Source: Phormidium sp. | Lineage (GTDB): Bacteria; Cyanobacteriota; Cyanobacteriia; Cyanobacteriales; Aerosakkonemataceae | Length of the DNA stretch: 64,000 nt | Assembly: GCA_051013385.1 (NCBI GenBank) | Contig: CP143273.1 | Coordinates: forward strand, 1,280,001-1,344,000 | Reading direction: 5' to 3' | Part shown: positions 1-8,891 of the stretch, one piece after another | Position numbering within the stretch: position 1 is the stretch's first letter | Layout: the number at the start of each line of letters is the position of its first letter | The notes under the pieces: model-generated | What the model was told of the DNA's origin: nothing | Seen by the model: the letters and a program-made list of their open reading frames with translations, nothing else | Databases searched by the model: none | Program-made: the position numbers and the translations under genes

Positions 1-34
1 TATAGTGTTACTATTCTTTCATTGTTGAATTTTT

Positions 35-304
35 ATGGGCGCAAACATTTCTCAACATTACCGAAAATCCTTACAACCCTTCGTCGATCCAGAAATCCTA
101 GAAGGAGTAGATTATCTACCCGAAATACCGGAAACTACAGTAAAGGCTCCCGGCGCTGCTGCAAGTAAAGATCGGCAAGGAGAGAAGTTTTTGATTTTAC
201 TATTAGCAGGGTTGTGCTTATTTGGAGCAACCTACAATCATGCAGTTAACTTTGCACAAAACCTGCCTTTTTTGCCTCTAATGAGTCATTCTGCTAGCGA
301 GTAA
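35..304 (+). CDS. Small hypothetical protein with one C-terminal hydrophobic helix
   Basis: 89-aa ORF with hydrophobic stretch FLILLLAGLCLFGA; no family recognised. Confidence 0.5.
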   Translation: MGANISQHYRKSLQPFVDPEILEGVDYLPEIPETTVKAPGAAASKDRQGEKFLILLLAGLCLFGATYNHAVNFAQNLPFLPLMSHSASE

Positions 305-557
305 GCAATTCAGAATTAAGGCAAATTCTAAATTGAATCGAGAGGATATCCTTCGATAGCAAGACCCGAGAAAGTGGGGCAAAATTGCTCGGCGCAACAG
401 TTTAGAGTCGCTGAGTGACAGGGAATTTTTGAGCATAGAGAATCCTTATGTAATTAAGTTTTTAGAATCAATAAGAAAGACGATCGCGGCTTGCCTAATT
501 TTAGGCACTTTAAATATAAAGCCGTCGATCATCCGATAAAGTTTTAACTTTTTTAAG

Positions 558-1268
558 TTATTGAAATTGGACTTGTCCTGCTTGTAAATAAAGAGCTTGG
601 TTTTGCAGTGTTTTGGCTTCAGCAGGACTCAAACCCCATTGTTGTTGTGCTTGTTGCGTGCTAGGTACTGGTCTTAATACACCCGTTAAATTAAGGGTTT
701 GTCCGGGTTTAATTACAATTTTATTTTCTGCACTTCCGGCATCTAATGGTGGTTCAAGAACGACAAAAACTGGTTGACCATTTGGTTGTCCGATCCAAAA
801 AGTGCGATCGCCATTTACATTTTGAACTCTCACATTTGTTAACTGAACTTGTCTATTTAAAATCGATTGTCTATCTGATGTATTAGCAATTATAGCTACA
901 TCAGTAATTGGTTCGCTGGGATCAGCAGCAGGGTTAGCAGTAGGTGAAATTTGGGTATCAGGAGTAGTAACAACACTGGGAGAAGCAGCCGTTGGCGACT
1001 GAGGTACGGGAGTAGCAACAATGGTGTTAGCGGGAACGGGAGAGGGAGTAACAACGACGGTAGTTGGTGCGGCAGTTGGGGTAACAACTACAGTTGGTGC
1101 GGCAGTTGGGGTAACAACTACTGTGGGAGTTGCTTGGGGAGTGGCATTAACGTTGGGATTTTCCGCAGTTCGATTTTCGCAAGCAGCGATCGTACTTGTT
1201 AAGAGTAATAAACAAGTTGCTTTACCAAGCAAATTCCTTTTTTGTCTTAAATTATTATTGACTTGCAT
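558..1268 (-). CDS. Putative lipoprotein with Pro/Thr-rich linker
   Basis: Signal peptide with lipobox-like IAAC; repeated PTVVVTPTAA; globular beta-rich C-terminal domain; AGGAG upstream. Confidence 0.75.
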   Translation of the reverse strand: MQVNNNLRQKRNLLGKATCLLLLTSTIAACENRTAENPNVNATPQATPTVVVTPTAAPTVVVTPTAAPTTVVVTPSPVPANTIVATPVPQSPTAASPSVVTTPDTQISPTANPAADPSEPITDVAIIANTSDRQSILNRQVQLTNVRVQNVNGDRTFWIGQPNGQPVFVVLEPPLDAGSAENKIVIKPGQTLNLTGVLRPVPSTQQAQQQWGLSPAEAKTLQNQALYLQAGQVQFQ

Positions 1269-1362
1269 CTTTAAAAAATTCTCCTAAATTAGGTATTTTT
1301 GAAATTAGAATTAGCTTAGAAATTAGTCATCAACTGCGCTTCTATCTTATGGAATACAGTTG

Positions 1363-2442
1363 CTAACGATTTCTTCTTCGATCGCCTAAACGTTTGATTA
1401 ATCCTGGTAATCCAATTTTTTTAGACTGCCGTCGATTTACTCTGTTAGTAGCTTGGGATTCGCTCGCAGCATCTACGTCTTCTTTATAGGGAATTCCTTG
1501 CTGAATGCGATCGTCCTTAGTCATAGAAACAGCATTTTCATCAGGCATAATTTGCGAACCAAAACTTCTGGCATAAACTTGGGTAAACTCTGCGCCAAAA
1601 AATAATATTTGAGCCGCATAATAAACCCAAGCCAGGATAATGATTAGTGAACCAGCTGCACCGTAAGTAGAACCAAAACTACCATTTCCCAAATACCAAC
1701 CGAGTAAAAATCTACCAATACTGAATAGTAGAGAAGTAATTATCGCTCCAATCCAAACATCTCCCCAAGTGATGTGTACATTGGGCAGAAATTTGAAAAT
1801 CATGGCAAACAAAAAGGTAGTTACGCCAAAACCAACCACAAAATTAATTACTTGCCAAAGTACGTCAAAACCAGGAACTAAGTGACTAAAATAAGTACTA
1901 ATTGCTGATAAAGTAGCGCTAAGAAGCAGAGATACCAACAACAAAAAACCAATTCCTAACACCATTGAAAAAGATAAAAGGTTGCGCTGAACGAATCCTT
2001 TTAGTGGGCGATTAGGTTTTGGTTGAACTTCCCAAATAGTATTTAGCGAATCTTGGAGTTGAGCAAATACACCAATAGCACCAAATAATAAAGCACCAAT
2101 ACTAATCAGAGAAGCGATTCTTCCTGTCGCTGGTTGATTAGCATTTTGAATGGCTGTTTCAATTACTTCTGCACCACTTCTGCCAACTAAACCTTGAATT
2201 TGGGTAACAATTTCCCCTCTGGCGGCTTCTTCTCCAAATACTAGTCCGGCGATCGCAATTACAATTACTAACAAAGGTGCAATAGAAAAAATCGTATAAT
2301 AAGCTAAAGCTGCTGCTAAACGCGAAGCTTTATCTTCATTCCATTCATCAAAAGTTTGTTTCAGTAATTGCCATATTGTCCACAAATTTAGCCTTTTGAT
2401 TTTCTTTATTAAACTTGATTTTTCCTTGACAGTTTGTGACAT
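1363..2442 (-). CDS. YihY/virulence factor BrkB family membrane protein
   Basis: AAALAYYTIFSIAPLL, LQDSLNTIW and YGAAGSLIIILAWVYYAAQILFFGAEF motifs; multiple TM helices. Confidence 0.92.
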   Translation of the reverse strand: MSQTVKEKSSLIKKIKRLNLWTIWQLLKQTFDEWNEDKASRLAAALAYYTIFSIAPLLVIVIAIAGLVFGEEAARGEIVTQIQGLVGRSGAEVIETAIQNANQPATGRIASLISIGALLFGAIGVFAQLQDSLNTIWEVQPKPNRPLKGFVQRNLLSFSMVLGIGFLLLVSLLLSATLSAISTYFSHLVPGFDVLWQVINFVVGFGVTTFLFAMIFKFLPNVHITWGDVWIGAIITSLLFSIGRFLLGWYLGNGSFGSTYGAAGSLIIILAWVYYAAQILFFGAEFTQVYARSFGSQIMPDENAVSMTKDDRIQQGIPYKEDVDAASESQATNRVNRRQSKKIGLPGLIKRLGDRRRNR

Positions 2443-2715
2443 TTTTAATATCGACTTTATGGGTTAAGCTGATTAATTTATATTTACTATTAACATCCAT
2501 ATCTTGCATCTATCCAACGAGCTAAATCAATTTTAAACCTATAGCAATTTCTTAGGTGGCTCCGACATTCTGAATGGCTAAAACCATTGTTTTTATTGCC
2601 TTCTACCTTCCACCTTGGAGCCTTATGCTATATCACCTATTCGGCTTATATCTTTAGGTTGAGTGACAATATTATGAGTTTGGAGTTTACTAAAAATAGA
2701 GCTAAAAATGGGAAA

Positions 2716-3498
2716 ATGCAACTTAAAGAAAGAGTGGCGCTAATTACAGGCGCGGGTTCAGGAATTGGTAAAGCTGCCGCTCATTTGCTGGCAAAAGAAG
2801 GCGCTAAAATTGCTGCATTGGGTTTGACAGAAAAAGAATTAGCCGAAACAGTTAGCAAAATTCACAGCAATGGTGGGGAGGCAATTACTTTAATTGCTGA
2901 TATTTCTCAACCCGAAGCAATGCAAAAGGCAGTTCAACAAATTGTGGATAAATGGGGCAGAATTGATATTGTTTTTGCCAATGCGGGAATTAATGGGGTT
3001 TGGGCACCAATTGAGGAATTGCAACCGGAAGAGTGGGATAAAACTTTAAATGTTAATTTGAAAGGAACTTTTTTAACAGTTAAATATGCTGTTCCTTCTT
3101 TAAAAAAACAAGGCGGTTCTGTAATTATTACTGCCTCTGTTAATGGCACAAGAATTTTTAGTAATACTGGTGCAACGGCTTATTCTTGTTCTAAAGCGGC
3201 GCAAGTTGCTTTTACTAAAATGATCGCTTTGGAATTAGCAGAACATCGCGTGCGGGTAAATGTAATTTGTCCGGGAGCAATTGAAACTAACATTAATGAA
3301 AGCACCCAAAAACGTAATTTAGAACAGGTGAAAGAACCTGTAGAATTTCCCGAAGGAGAGATACCTTTAACCGATGGCGAACCGGGAACTTCGGAACAAG
3401 TGGCGCAGTTGGTGTTATTTTTAGCTAGTGATGCTTCTAACCATATTAGCGGCACAGAAATTTGGATTGATGGAGCACAATCTTTGTTACAAGGTTAA
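2716..3498 (+). CDS. SDR family oxidoreductase
   Basis: TGAGSGIG, NAG and YSCSK motifs; start moved to ATG 2716 (MQLKERVAL) because the ORF extension runs through repeat DNA. Confidence 0.9.
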   Translation: MQLKERVALITGAGSGIGKAAAHLLAKEGAKIAALGLTEKELAETVSKIHSNGGEAITLIADISQPEAMQKAVQQIVDKWGRIDIVFANAGINGVWAPIEELQPEEWDKTLNVNLKGTFLTVKYAVPSLKKQGGSVIITASVNGTRIFSNTGATAYSCSKAAQVAFTKMIALELAEHRVRVNVICPGAIETNINESTQKRNLEQVKEPVEFPEGEIPLTDGEPGTSEQVAQLVLFLASDASNHISGTEIWIDGAQSLLQG

Positions 3499-3513
3499 TT
3501 ATCATAAAGTCTG

Positions 3514-3567
3514 TTGTAACGACTTTAGTCGTATATTCCTCGCATAAAAGGACTAAAGTCCTGACAA
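3514..3567. repeat. Short palindromic (REP-like) element
   Basis: Inverted arms ttgtaacgactttagtc ... gactaaagtcctgacaa. Confidence 0.6.
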
Positions 3568-3924
3568 AGGTAAGCCTTTGGTTATCCGATGAATCAAAAA
3601 AGCTACTAATAGTGGATCGATGAGGTCTACAAATGATATGACTATACTCAGCCAATTAAATCCAAAAATTGTGCTGTTACCAATCAGTTCGCTTAATAAT
3701 ATTGCAGGCCAAACACGATAACCCAATGTCAATACAGCTGCTAAGTAAATCCCTACAGAAGGCCAAACGACTATTACACCATTTTCAAATGCCAGCGATT
3801 TTGCAGCTTGGATCAGGCAAACGTGAATTATTGGCAGAGTCAGCATGGATAAGATGACTATTGGGTGCAAGGAAGAAGACAGTTTTTTTAGCATATCTTG
3901 ATAGAATTTCCCACTATCTAGCAT
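3553..3924 (-). pseudogene. Truncated MASE1-domain sensor fragment
   Basis: VWPSVGIYLAAVLTLGYRVWPAILL is MASE1-like; the ORF stops after about 120 aa inside a palindromic repeat, with no output domain. Confidence 0.65.
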
Positions 3925-4131
3925 AGTCTTCTTAAATTATTCCCTTAGATAGTGGTCTTTTCTGTATATACTTTAGGCTAATGAAGATATTTTAATCTTC
4001 ATCTACCTTTAGATGGATTTATAATAAATTATTTGAAATTTTATGTAAGGCTTCCAGAATCTTGTCCCTGTTCCGTTCGCTTACCAAAATGCACCTTTTT
4101 AGACCTATAGCTGATCAATTTATCCGGTTAA

Positions 4132-5079
4132 TTAGGCAATTACCGTTTCTTCTCCTTTTAACTGTTTGAGCAAATCTAATGTTTGTTGATAAGCGGTGAT
4201 GTTTTCTTGAAAAAGGAAGTTTTGCGCCGCTTTTCGTAAGTCGAGTAATGCTTGGCGTTCATTTCCTAATTGATAGTAAGCTATACCTCGGTTGGCGTAA
4301 GCTTCAGCGTAATTAGGGTTAAGTTTTAAGGCTACAGTTAGGTCTTCAATAGCTGCGGTATAATTTAAAATGCGTTGATTGGCACAAGCGCGATTAAAGT
4401 AAGTTCGGTAGTCTTGTTGATTTAAATGAATAGCTTGGCTAAAATCTGCGATCGCTCCCACACCATCATTTAACATTAAGCGAATTGTGCCGCGATCGTT
4501 ATAAACTTGTGCTAATTGAAAAGTGTCTTGTACAGGCATTAAAGTTAAAGTTTGATTATAATCGCTAATTGCTTGTTGATAATCTTGTAATTCACTTTTA
4601 GCTAAAGCTCGATTGTAATAAGCGCGAAAATCAATCGGTTTTAATTTAATTACTTGGTTATAATCTGCGATCGCACCCTGATAATCTCCTAGTTTATAGT
4701 AAGCCAAACCTCGATTCAAAAAAGATTCTGTATTTTGCGAATTTAAACTAACAGCTTGCGTACAATCTTGAATTGCACTTTCATATTCTCCCTGTTGTAA
4801 ATAAGCCAAACAACGATTACTAAAAGCCGCAGAAAAATCCTGTTTTAAATCAATTGCGTTCGTAAAATCTTGTACAGCTTTCGGGTAATTTTGGCTTTGC
4901 ATTTGCTGTACACCTGCGCGAAAAAACTCCTGGGCGCTCATCTGCACAGAAGAATTTGCTAGACTGAGCGCTGTCGCAGGAGGTGAGTAAATTATCAGAG
5001 CCAAAGTGATGCACAAGCTGACCAATAATTGAACTAAATAAATCATAATTCCGATCTCCTTGAGCATCTCAATTAGCAA
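4132..5079 (-). CDS. Tetratricopeptide repeat protein, probably exported
   Basis: Repeated AYxNRG/AIxDY TPR units; N-terminal hydrophobic signal; true start may be ATG near 5049. Confidence 0.9.
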   Translation of the reverse strand: MLIEMLKEIGIMIYLVQLLVSLCITLALIIYSPPATALSLANSSVQMSAQEFFRAGVQQMQSQNYPKAVQDFTNAIDLKQDFSAAFSNRCLAYLQQGEYESAIQDCTQAVSLNSQNTESFLNRGLAYYKLGDYQGAIADYNQVIKLKPIDFRAYYNRALAKSELQDYQQAISDYNQTLTLMPVQDTFQLAQVYNDRGTIRLMLNDGVGAIADFSQAIHLNQQDYRTYFNRACANQRILNYTAAIEDLTVALKLNPNYAEAYANRGIAYYQLGNERQALLDLRKAAQNFLFQENITAYQQTLDLLKQLKGEETVIA

Positions 5080-5113
5080 AATTTACAGCCAAAAATTTTC
5101 CCGAAAGTTAAAA

Positions 5114-5449
5114 TTATTTCCAACCTTTTTCGGAACTTGCTAACACATAGCTAGCAACATCTTCGATTTGCCCATCGGTGAGTCTGCCTTTAAAAGCAGG
5201 CATCCCACCTTTACCTTTTGTTACCTGAGTTACAATGGCTTCCAGGGAATTCATGCCATACTTTTCTAAATCAGCCTTTGCCAAAGTTTTCTGAGGATTA
5301 ACTAGATTTTTTCCCCCGGCATGACAAGCAGCACAATTTGCACTAAAAAGTTTCGCACCGCTAGCAACATCACCAGCAAGAACGGGACGGACAAAGGTAA
5401 AATTCAATACTATACTCACAAGTAAAATGAGCGACAAAATCTTTCTCAC
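5114..5449 (-). CDS. petJ: Cytochrome c6
   Basis: CAACH heme motif, GGMPAF axial Met, signal peptide, C-terminal KGWK; GTG start at 5449 after GAGGAG. Confidence 0.92.
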   Translation of the reverse strand: MRKILSLILLVSIVLNFTFVRPVLAGDVASGAKLFSANCAACHAGGKNLVNPQKTLAKADLEKYGMNSLEAIVTQVTKGKGGMPAFKGRLTDGQIEDVASYVLASSEKGWK

Positions 5450-5497
5450 AGTGTTCTCCTCTGACAAGTTCTTGCATTTAGCAGACATATTCCGACA

Positions 5498-5539
5498 ATT
5501 GTGGAGAAAGCCGCTTTCTTTGTCAAAAGACAGGCTGTA
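5498..5539 (-). promoter_or_regulatory. Putative petJ promoter with adjacent cop-box-like site
   Basis: Minus strand TTGACA (5526-5521), 17 nt, CACAAT (5503-5498); TACA-N3-TGTC at 5539-5529 just upstream of the -35. Confidence 0.5.
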
Positions 5540-5601
5540 AAACTTCCCAGAAAACACTTATAATTTAACGGAACTGGATTTTACAACCTTAGATTAATTA
5601 T

Positions 5602-5735
5602 CGTCGCCCCTGCGACTTTAGTCGCGGACTATACAAACAAAACCTGCCTCCGCAGGTTCCAAAATTGGTTTATTCTCTTTATTCTAAGAGTCAGCGTAGG
5701 CGGACTTTGGTTGTATAGTTGCGGTTTTAACTGCC
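5602..5735. repeat. Palindrome-rich intergenic element
   Basis: gcgactttagtcgc hairpin, aacctgcctccgcaggtt hairpin, and ctatacaa/ttgtatag inverted arms. Confidence 0.55.
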
Positions 5736-5787
5736 AGATCTATCTGTGGTATCAATCCAAAATCTAAAATCTAAAATCTAAAATCAG

Positions 5788-6207
5788 ATGACAGCTTTAC
5801 CAAATTATCGTCCTAAACAGTTATCCCTTGGCCCTTTGGAAAGGGAAATTTTACAGATTATTTGGGAATTAGGAGAAGTTACGGTTAAGGATGTTCACGA
5901 TCGCATTTTAGCCGATCCAGACCGTGAGTTAGCTTATGCTTCGGTGACGACTGTGTTACGACGTTTAACAGAAAAAGGCTGGCTAAGTTGTGATAAAAAA
6001 GGCAAAATATACTTGTGGCGACCTTTAGTTTCCCAATCTCAAGCACAAGCGATCGAAGCTTACGAGAAATTACAAGGTTTTTTAGCAGTAGGAAACCCAG
6101 ATATTGTGGCAGCTTTTGCTGATAGCTTAGATACCGCTAGTGTAGAACAATTAAAAGCGATCGCACAAAGAATTCAAGCCGCACGTCGCGCCAGGGAGGA
6201 AGAATAA
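5788..6207 (+). CDS. petR: BlaI/CopY family transcriptional regulator (PetR-like)
   Basis: YRPKQLSLGPLEREILQIIW...RELAYASVTTVLRRL wHTH; coupled to a downstream metallopeptidase and divergent from petJ. Confidence 0.8.
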   Translation: MTALPNYRPKQLSLGPLEREILQIIWELGEVTVKDVHDRILADPDRELAYASVTTVLRRLTEKGWLSCDKKGKIYLWRPLVSQSQAQAIEAYEKLQGFLAVGNPDIVAAFADSLDTASVEQLKAIAQRIQAARRAREEE

Positions 6208-7046
6208 TGCACCTAATTATGATTTTCTCAGTCTTAGCTTTTGCTTGGTTGCTGCGAACAATTGACTTACCAAAAGCTGAAAATTGGGCAACTCGCACTT
6301 CCCAAACATTACTATTATTTTTGTTTTCTCCCTTACTTCTGTTAACCACTTCATTTGCTCTCCTTTGTATGGGTGCATCTGGACAAATGATTGGGTTACA
6401 AACAAGTTGGGTTGGTTACTTGTTGGCGTTAGGTTTTTTGGGTTTTTCTGCGGTGAAATTTTGGCAGTTAATTGGCGAAGGTTTACATACTGTAAGTCTG
6501 ATTCGCAGCTATCCTGTGCAAAAACTCCAAGGTAAAAATTGCCGCCTTTTTGATACTGACATTCCTTACAGCGCATTAATCGGTTTTTGGCAACCGGAAT
6601 TAGTAGTAAGTCAAGGATTATTAGACAGTTTGGCACCCGATCAATTAGATGCAGTAATTGCCCATGAAGAGGCACATTACTATTATCGAGATACATTTTG
6701 GTTTTTTTGGTTGGGGTGGTTGCGATCGATCACTTTTTGGTTGCCAAACACCGAAAAGTTGTGGCAAGAATTGTTAATCTTGCGCGAACTTCGAGCCGAT
6801 AATTGGGCTGCGAAAATTGTCGATCCTTTAACCTTAGCTGAATCCTTATTACTAGTAGTCAGTCAGCCTGTTTTGTCCCTGAATTTTGCCGCTGAATTCA
6901 GCGCCGTAGCACCATTAAATCGTTTAAATGAGCGAATCGAAGCATTGTTAACCACAGAGAAAATCAAATATAAAATTAATTGGTGGTCTTGGACTTGGTT
7001 AGTTTTTGTGTTGCTACCTTTGGCTGTGATTCCTTTACATAATTGA
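6207..7046 (+). CDS. petP: M48/M56 membrane metallopeptidase (PetP-like)
   Basis: AHEEAH (HExxH), RELRAD, TM helices; start overlaps the upstream stop (TAATG). Confidence 0.8.
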   Translation: MHLIMIFSVLAFAWLLRTIDLPKAENWATRTSQTLLLFLFSPLLLLTTSFALLCMGASGQMIGLQTSWVGYLLALGFLGFSAVKFWQLIGEGLHTVSLIRSYPVQKLQGKNCRLFDTDIPYSALIGFWQPELVVSQGLLDSLAPDQLDAVIAHEEAHYYYRDTFWFFWLGWLRSITFWLPNTEKLWQELLILRELRADNWAAKIVDPLTLAESLLLVVSQPVLSLNFAAEFSAVAPLNRLNERIEALLTTEKIKYKINWWSWTWLVFVLLPLAVIPLHN

Positions 7047-7146
7047 GGGATTGGGGATTGGGTAAGTTTTGAGTTTTGAGTTTTGAGTTTTGAATTTTTC
7101 TCTCCTCTGCTCCCCTGCTCCCTTGCTCCCCTGCTCCCCTGCTCCT
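7047..7146. repeat. Short tandem repeats (STRR-type)
   Basis: Arrays of ggggatt, ttttgag and ctcccctg between convergent genes; related arrays near 5757-5786, 10444-10473 and 45514-45565. Confidence 0.85.
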
Positions 7147-7439
7147 TAATCCGCGACGTAGCGCCACCCTTCTGGCTGATATTCGCGTTGAATGCGAATC
7201 AGCCAATCGCCTTGGGGAATAGCGATTTTTTCATGTTCTTCATGAGTTAGTAGTGCTGTGGGTGACAATACTTTTAAGTACAGGGTTCCATTGCGTTCAT
7301 ATAATTCTGCTTCCCCTTCGCTAATGCGGTGTTTGTGTCCCGTGACTTCACCTTCTGCTAACGTCAGGTGAGGCAGTTGTTCTCCTTCAATAGATTGCGT
7401 AGGAATTAAAATTACGTCGCCTTGTCTGATTGGTTGCAT
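7146..7439 (-). CDS. Conserved hypothetical QGDV/His-rich small protein
   Basis: RQGDV...LAEGEVTGHKH...LLTHEEHEKI...IQREY pattern; AGAGG RBS. Confidence 0.8.
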   Translation of the reverse strand: MQPIRQGDVILIPTQSIEGEQLPHLTLAEGEVTGHKHRISEGEAELYERNGTLYLKVLSPTALLTHEEHEKIAIPQGDWLIRIQREYQPEGWRYVAD

Positions 7440-7497
7440 AGCAAATTTCCTCTCTTAAATATCTCTAAACTACATTTATTTTGCGTTCAATTCCAAC

Positions 7498-8535
7498 TTA
7501 AGTCTCCACAGCAAAAGCTTCCGGGTCAATATCCCAGTTTACCCAGCCAATCGCATCTCTGGCAGAAGTGAGATTAGGTGGTACGCGCAAGACGTGAATG
7601 TGTGCAGTACTCGGACAAGTCATTTTTAACAAATGGATTGGTTCGATGTCGATATTTGCATCTATCTTTAGTAGGGTATATTCGCGGTAACGATCGATCG
7701 CACTCGCCCCCAACTCTTGCATAATGCGATAACACCCAATCTGTTGAATCAAAACTCGCCGCACTTCCGCATTATTTTCTGTCAGTAACCATTGGGCTTT
7801 CCACTGACTTAAGTGTGTCCAGTAGCGGCGCGGAAGTCCAACACCAAAACAACCAACCGACAAATTCTGATTAGGATGGTTGGCTAAAGCCGATAAATTT
7901 TTAATTGGATTGCGGAGCAAATTGAGTTCTCTCAATGAATGCAAGTGTCCAATCTCTGCTGGCAAACTTGTTAGTTGGTTTTGCATCAGATAGAGCGATG
8001 TCAAAGAATCTAGTTGTCCAATCTGGGCTGGTAGACTCGTCAGTTGGTTGTGATTCAGATAGAGCGATGTCAAAGAATTTAGTTGTCCAATCTGGGCTGG
8101 TAGACTCGTCAGTTGGTTGTCAAACAGAGCGATCAATGTCAAAGAATGCAGCTGTCCAATCGATGCTGGTAGACTTGTCAATTGGTTATGGTTCACAGAG
8201 AGTTTTTTCAAAGAATGTAGCTGTCCAATTTCTACTGGCAAACTTGTTAGTTCGTTGTAACTCAGGTCGAGTTCTTCCAAAGAATGTAACTGTCCAATTT
8301 CTACTGGCAAACTTGTTAGTTGGTTATCGGAAATATCGAGGGATGTCAAAGAATGGAGTTGTCCTATCTCTGCTGGCAAAATTTCCAGTTTGTTATTGAA
8401 CAGAGAGAGTTCTGTCAAAGAATGGAGTTGTCCTATCTCTGCTGGCAAACTTGTTAGTTGGTAGCCGCCCAGATGGAGTTTTTTTGCATCTAAGGAATTG
8501 AGAATTTTCTGTCGCACTTCTTCAAACTCTGACAT
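7498..8535 (-). CDS. Leucine-rich repeat protein with C-terminal DUF6745-like domain
   Basis: Eight 23-aa LRRs (QLTSLPAEIGQLHSL..) followed by ENNAEVRRVLI...LKMTCPST...LRVPP...AIGW. Confidence 0.85.
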   Translation of the reverse strand: MSEFEEVRQKILNSLDAKKLHLGGYQLTSLPAEIGQLHSLTELSLFNNKLEILPAEIGQLHSLTSLDISDNQLTSLPVEIGQLHSLEELDLSYNELTSLPVEIGQLHSLKKLSVNHNQLTSLPASIGQLHSLTLIALFDNQLTSLPAQIGQLNSLTSLYLNHNQLTSLPAQIGQLDSLTSLYLMQNQLTSLPAEIGHLHSLRELNLLRNPIKNLSALANHPNQNLSVGCFGVGLPRRYWTHLSQWKAQWLLTENNAEVRRVLIQQIGCYRIMQELGASAIDRYREYTLLKIDANIDIEPIHLLKMTCPSTAHIHVLRVPPNLTSARDAIGWVNWDIDPEAFAVET

Positions 8536-8593
8536 CGTTTCTTCCTTTGCCTAAGCAGATTGGGAAGGAGACAAGGACACAAGAGGAAATTGA

Positions 8594-8781
8594 TGTAGGG
8601 GCGGGTTTAACAGATAACCTTTGTCACTTACAAACAATCTCTGGACAAAACCCGCCCTTACCTCTGCTGTAATTACAAAATTAGCTGCGCTCACCAATTC
8701 CCTCAAACTCTGGAAGGGCGGGTTTTGTTGTTAATTCTTCTGCTGTGATTTCCGAATTATCTGCTCTCACCCGCCCCTACA
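8594..8781. repeat. Pair of ~70-bp GTAGGGGCGGG palindromic elements in inverted orientation
   Basis: Copies at 8594-8659 and 8710-8781, with a partial copy between; another copy at 25831-25900. Confidence 0.8.
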
Positions 8782-8785
8782 AATT

Positions 8786-8857
8786 CAACCAGGATTTATG
8801 GATTTACATGATGCTCAGGATTAATCAAGAAATCTGGTAAATCTGTAAATCCTGGTT
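8786..8857. repeat. Inverted repeat with ggattta subrepeats, possible terminator for glgA
   Basis: aaccaggattta ... taaatcctggtt. Confidence 0.55.
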
Positions 8858-8891
8858 AAAATTCCCCAGTCCCCAACCTCTCCATCGCCCC

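Noticed and set aside
896..1287. Alternative-frame ORFs with repeats
   Set aside because: Shadows of the Pro/Thr repeat region of the lipoprotein
6976..7206. 76-aa ORF
   Set aside because: Translation of STRR heptamer/octamer repeats
7935..8399. Repetitive + strand ORF
   Set aside because: Antisense shadow of the LRR array
7498..8535. Diversity-generating retroelement target
   Set aside because: No reverse transcriptase or template repeat in the window, and the variation is not visibly adenine-specific
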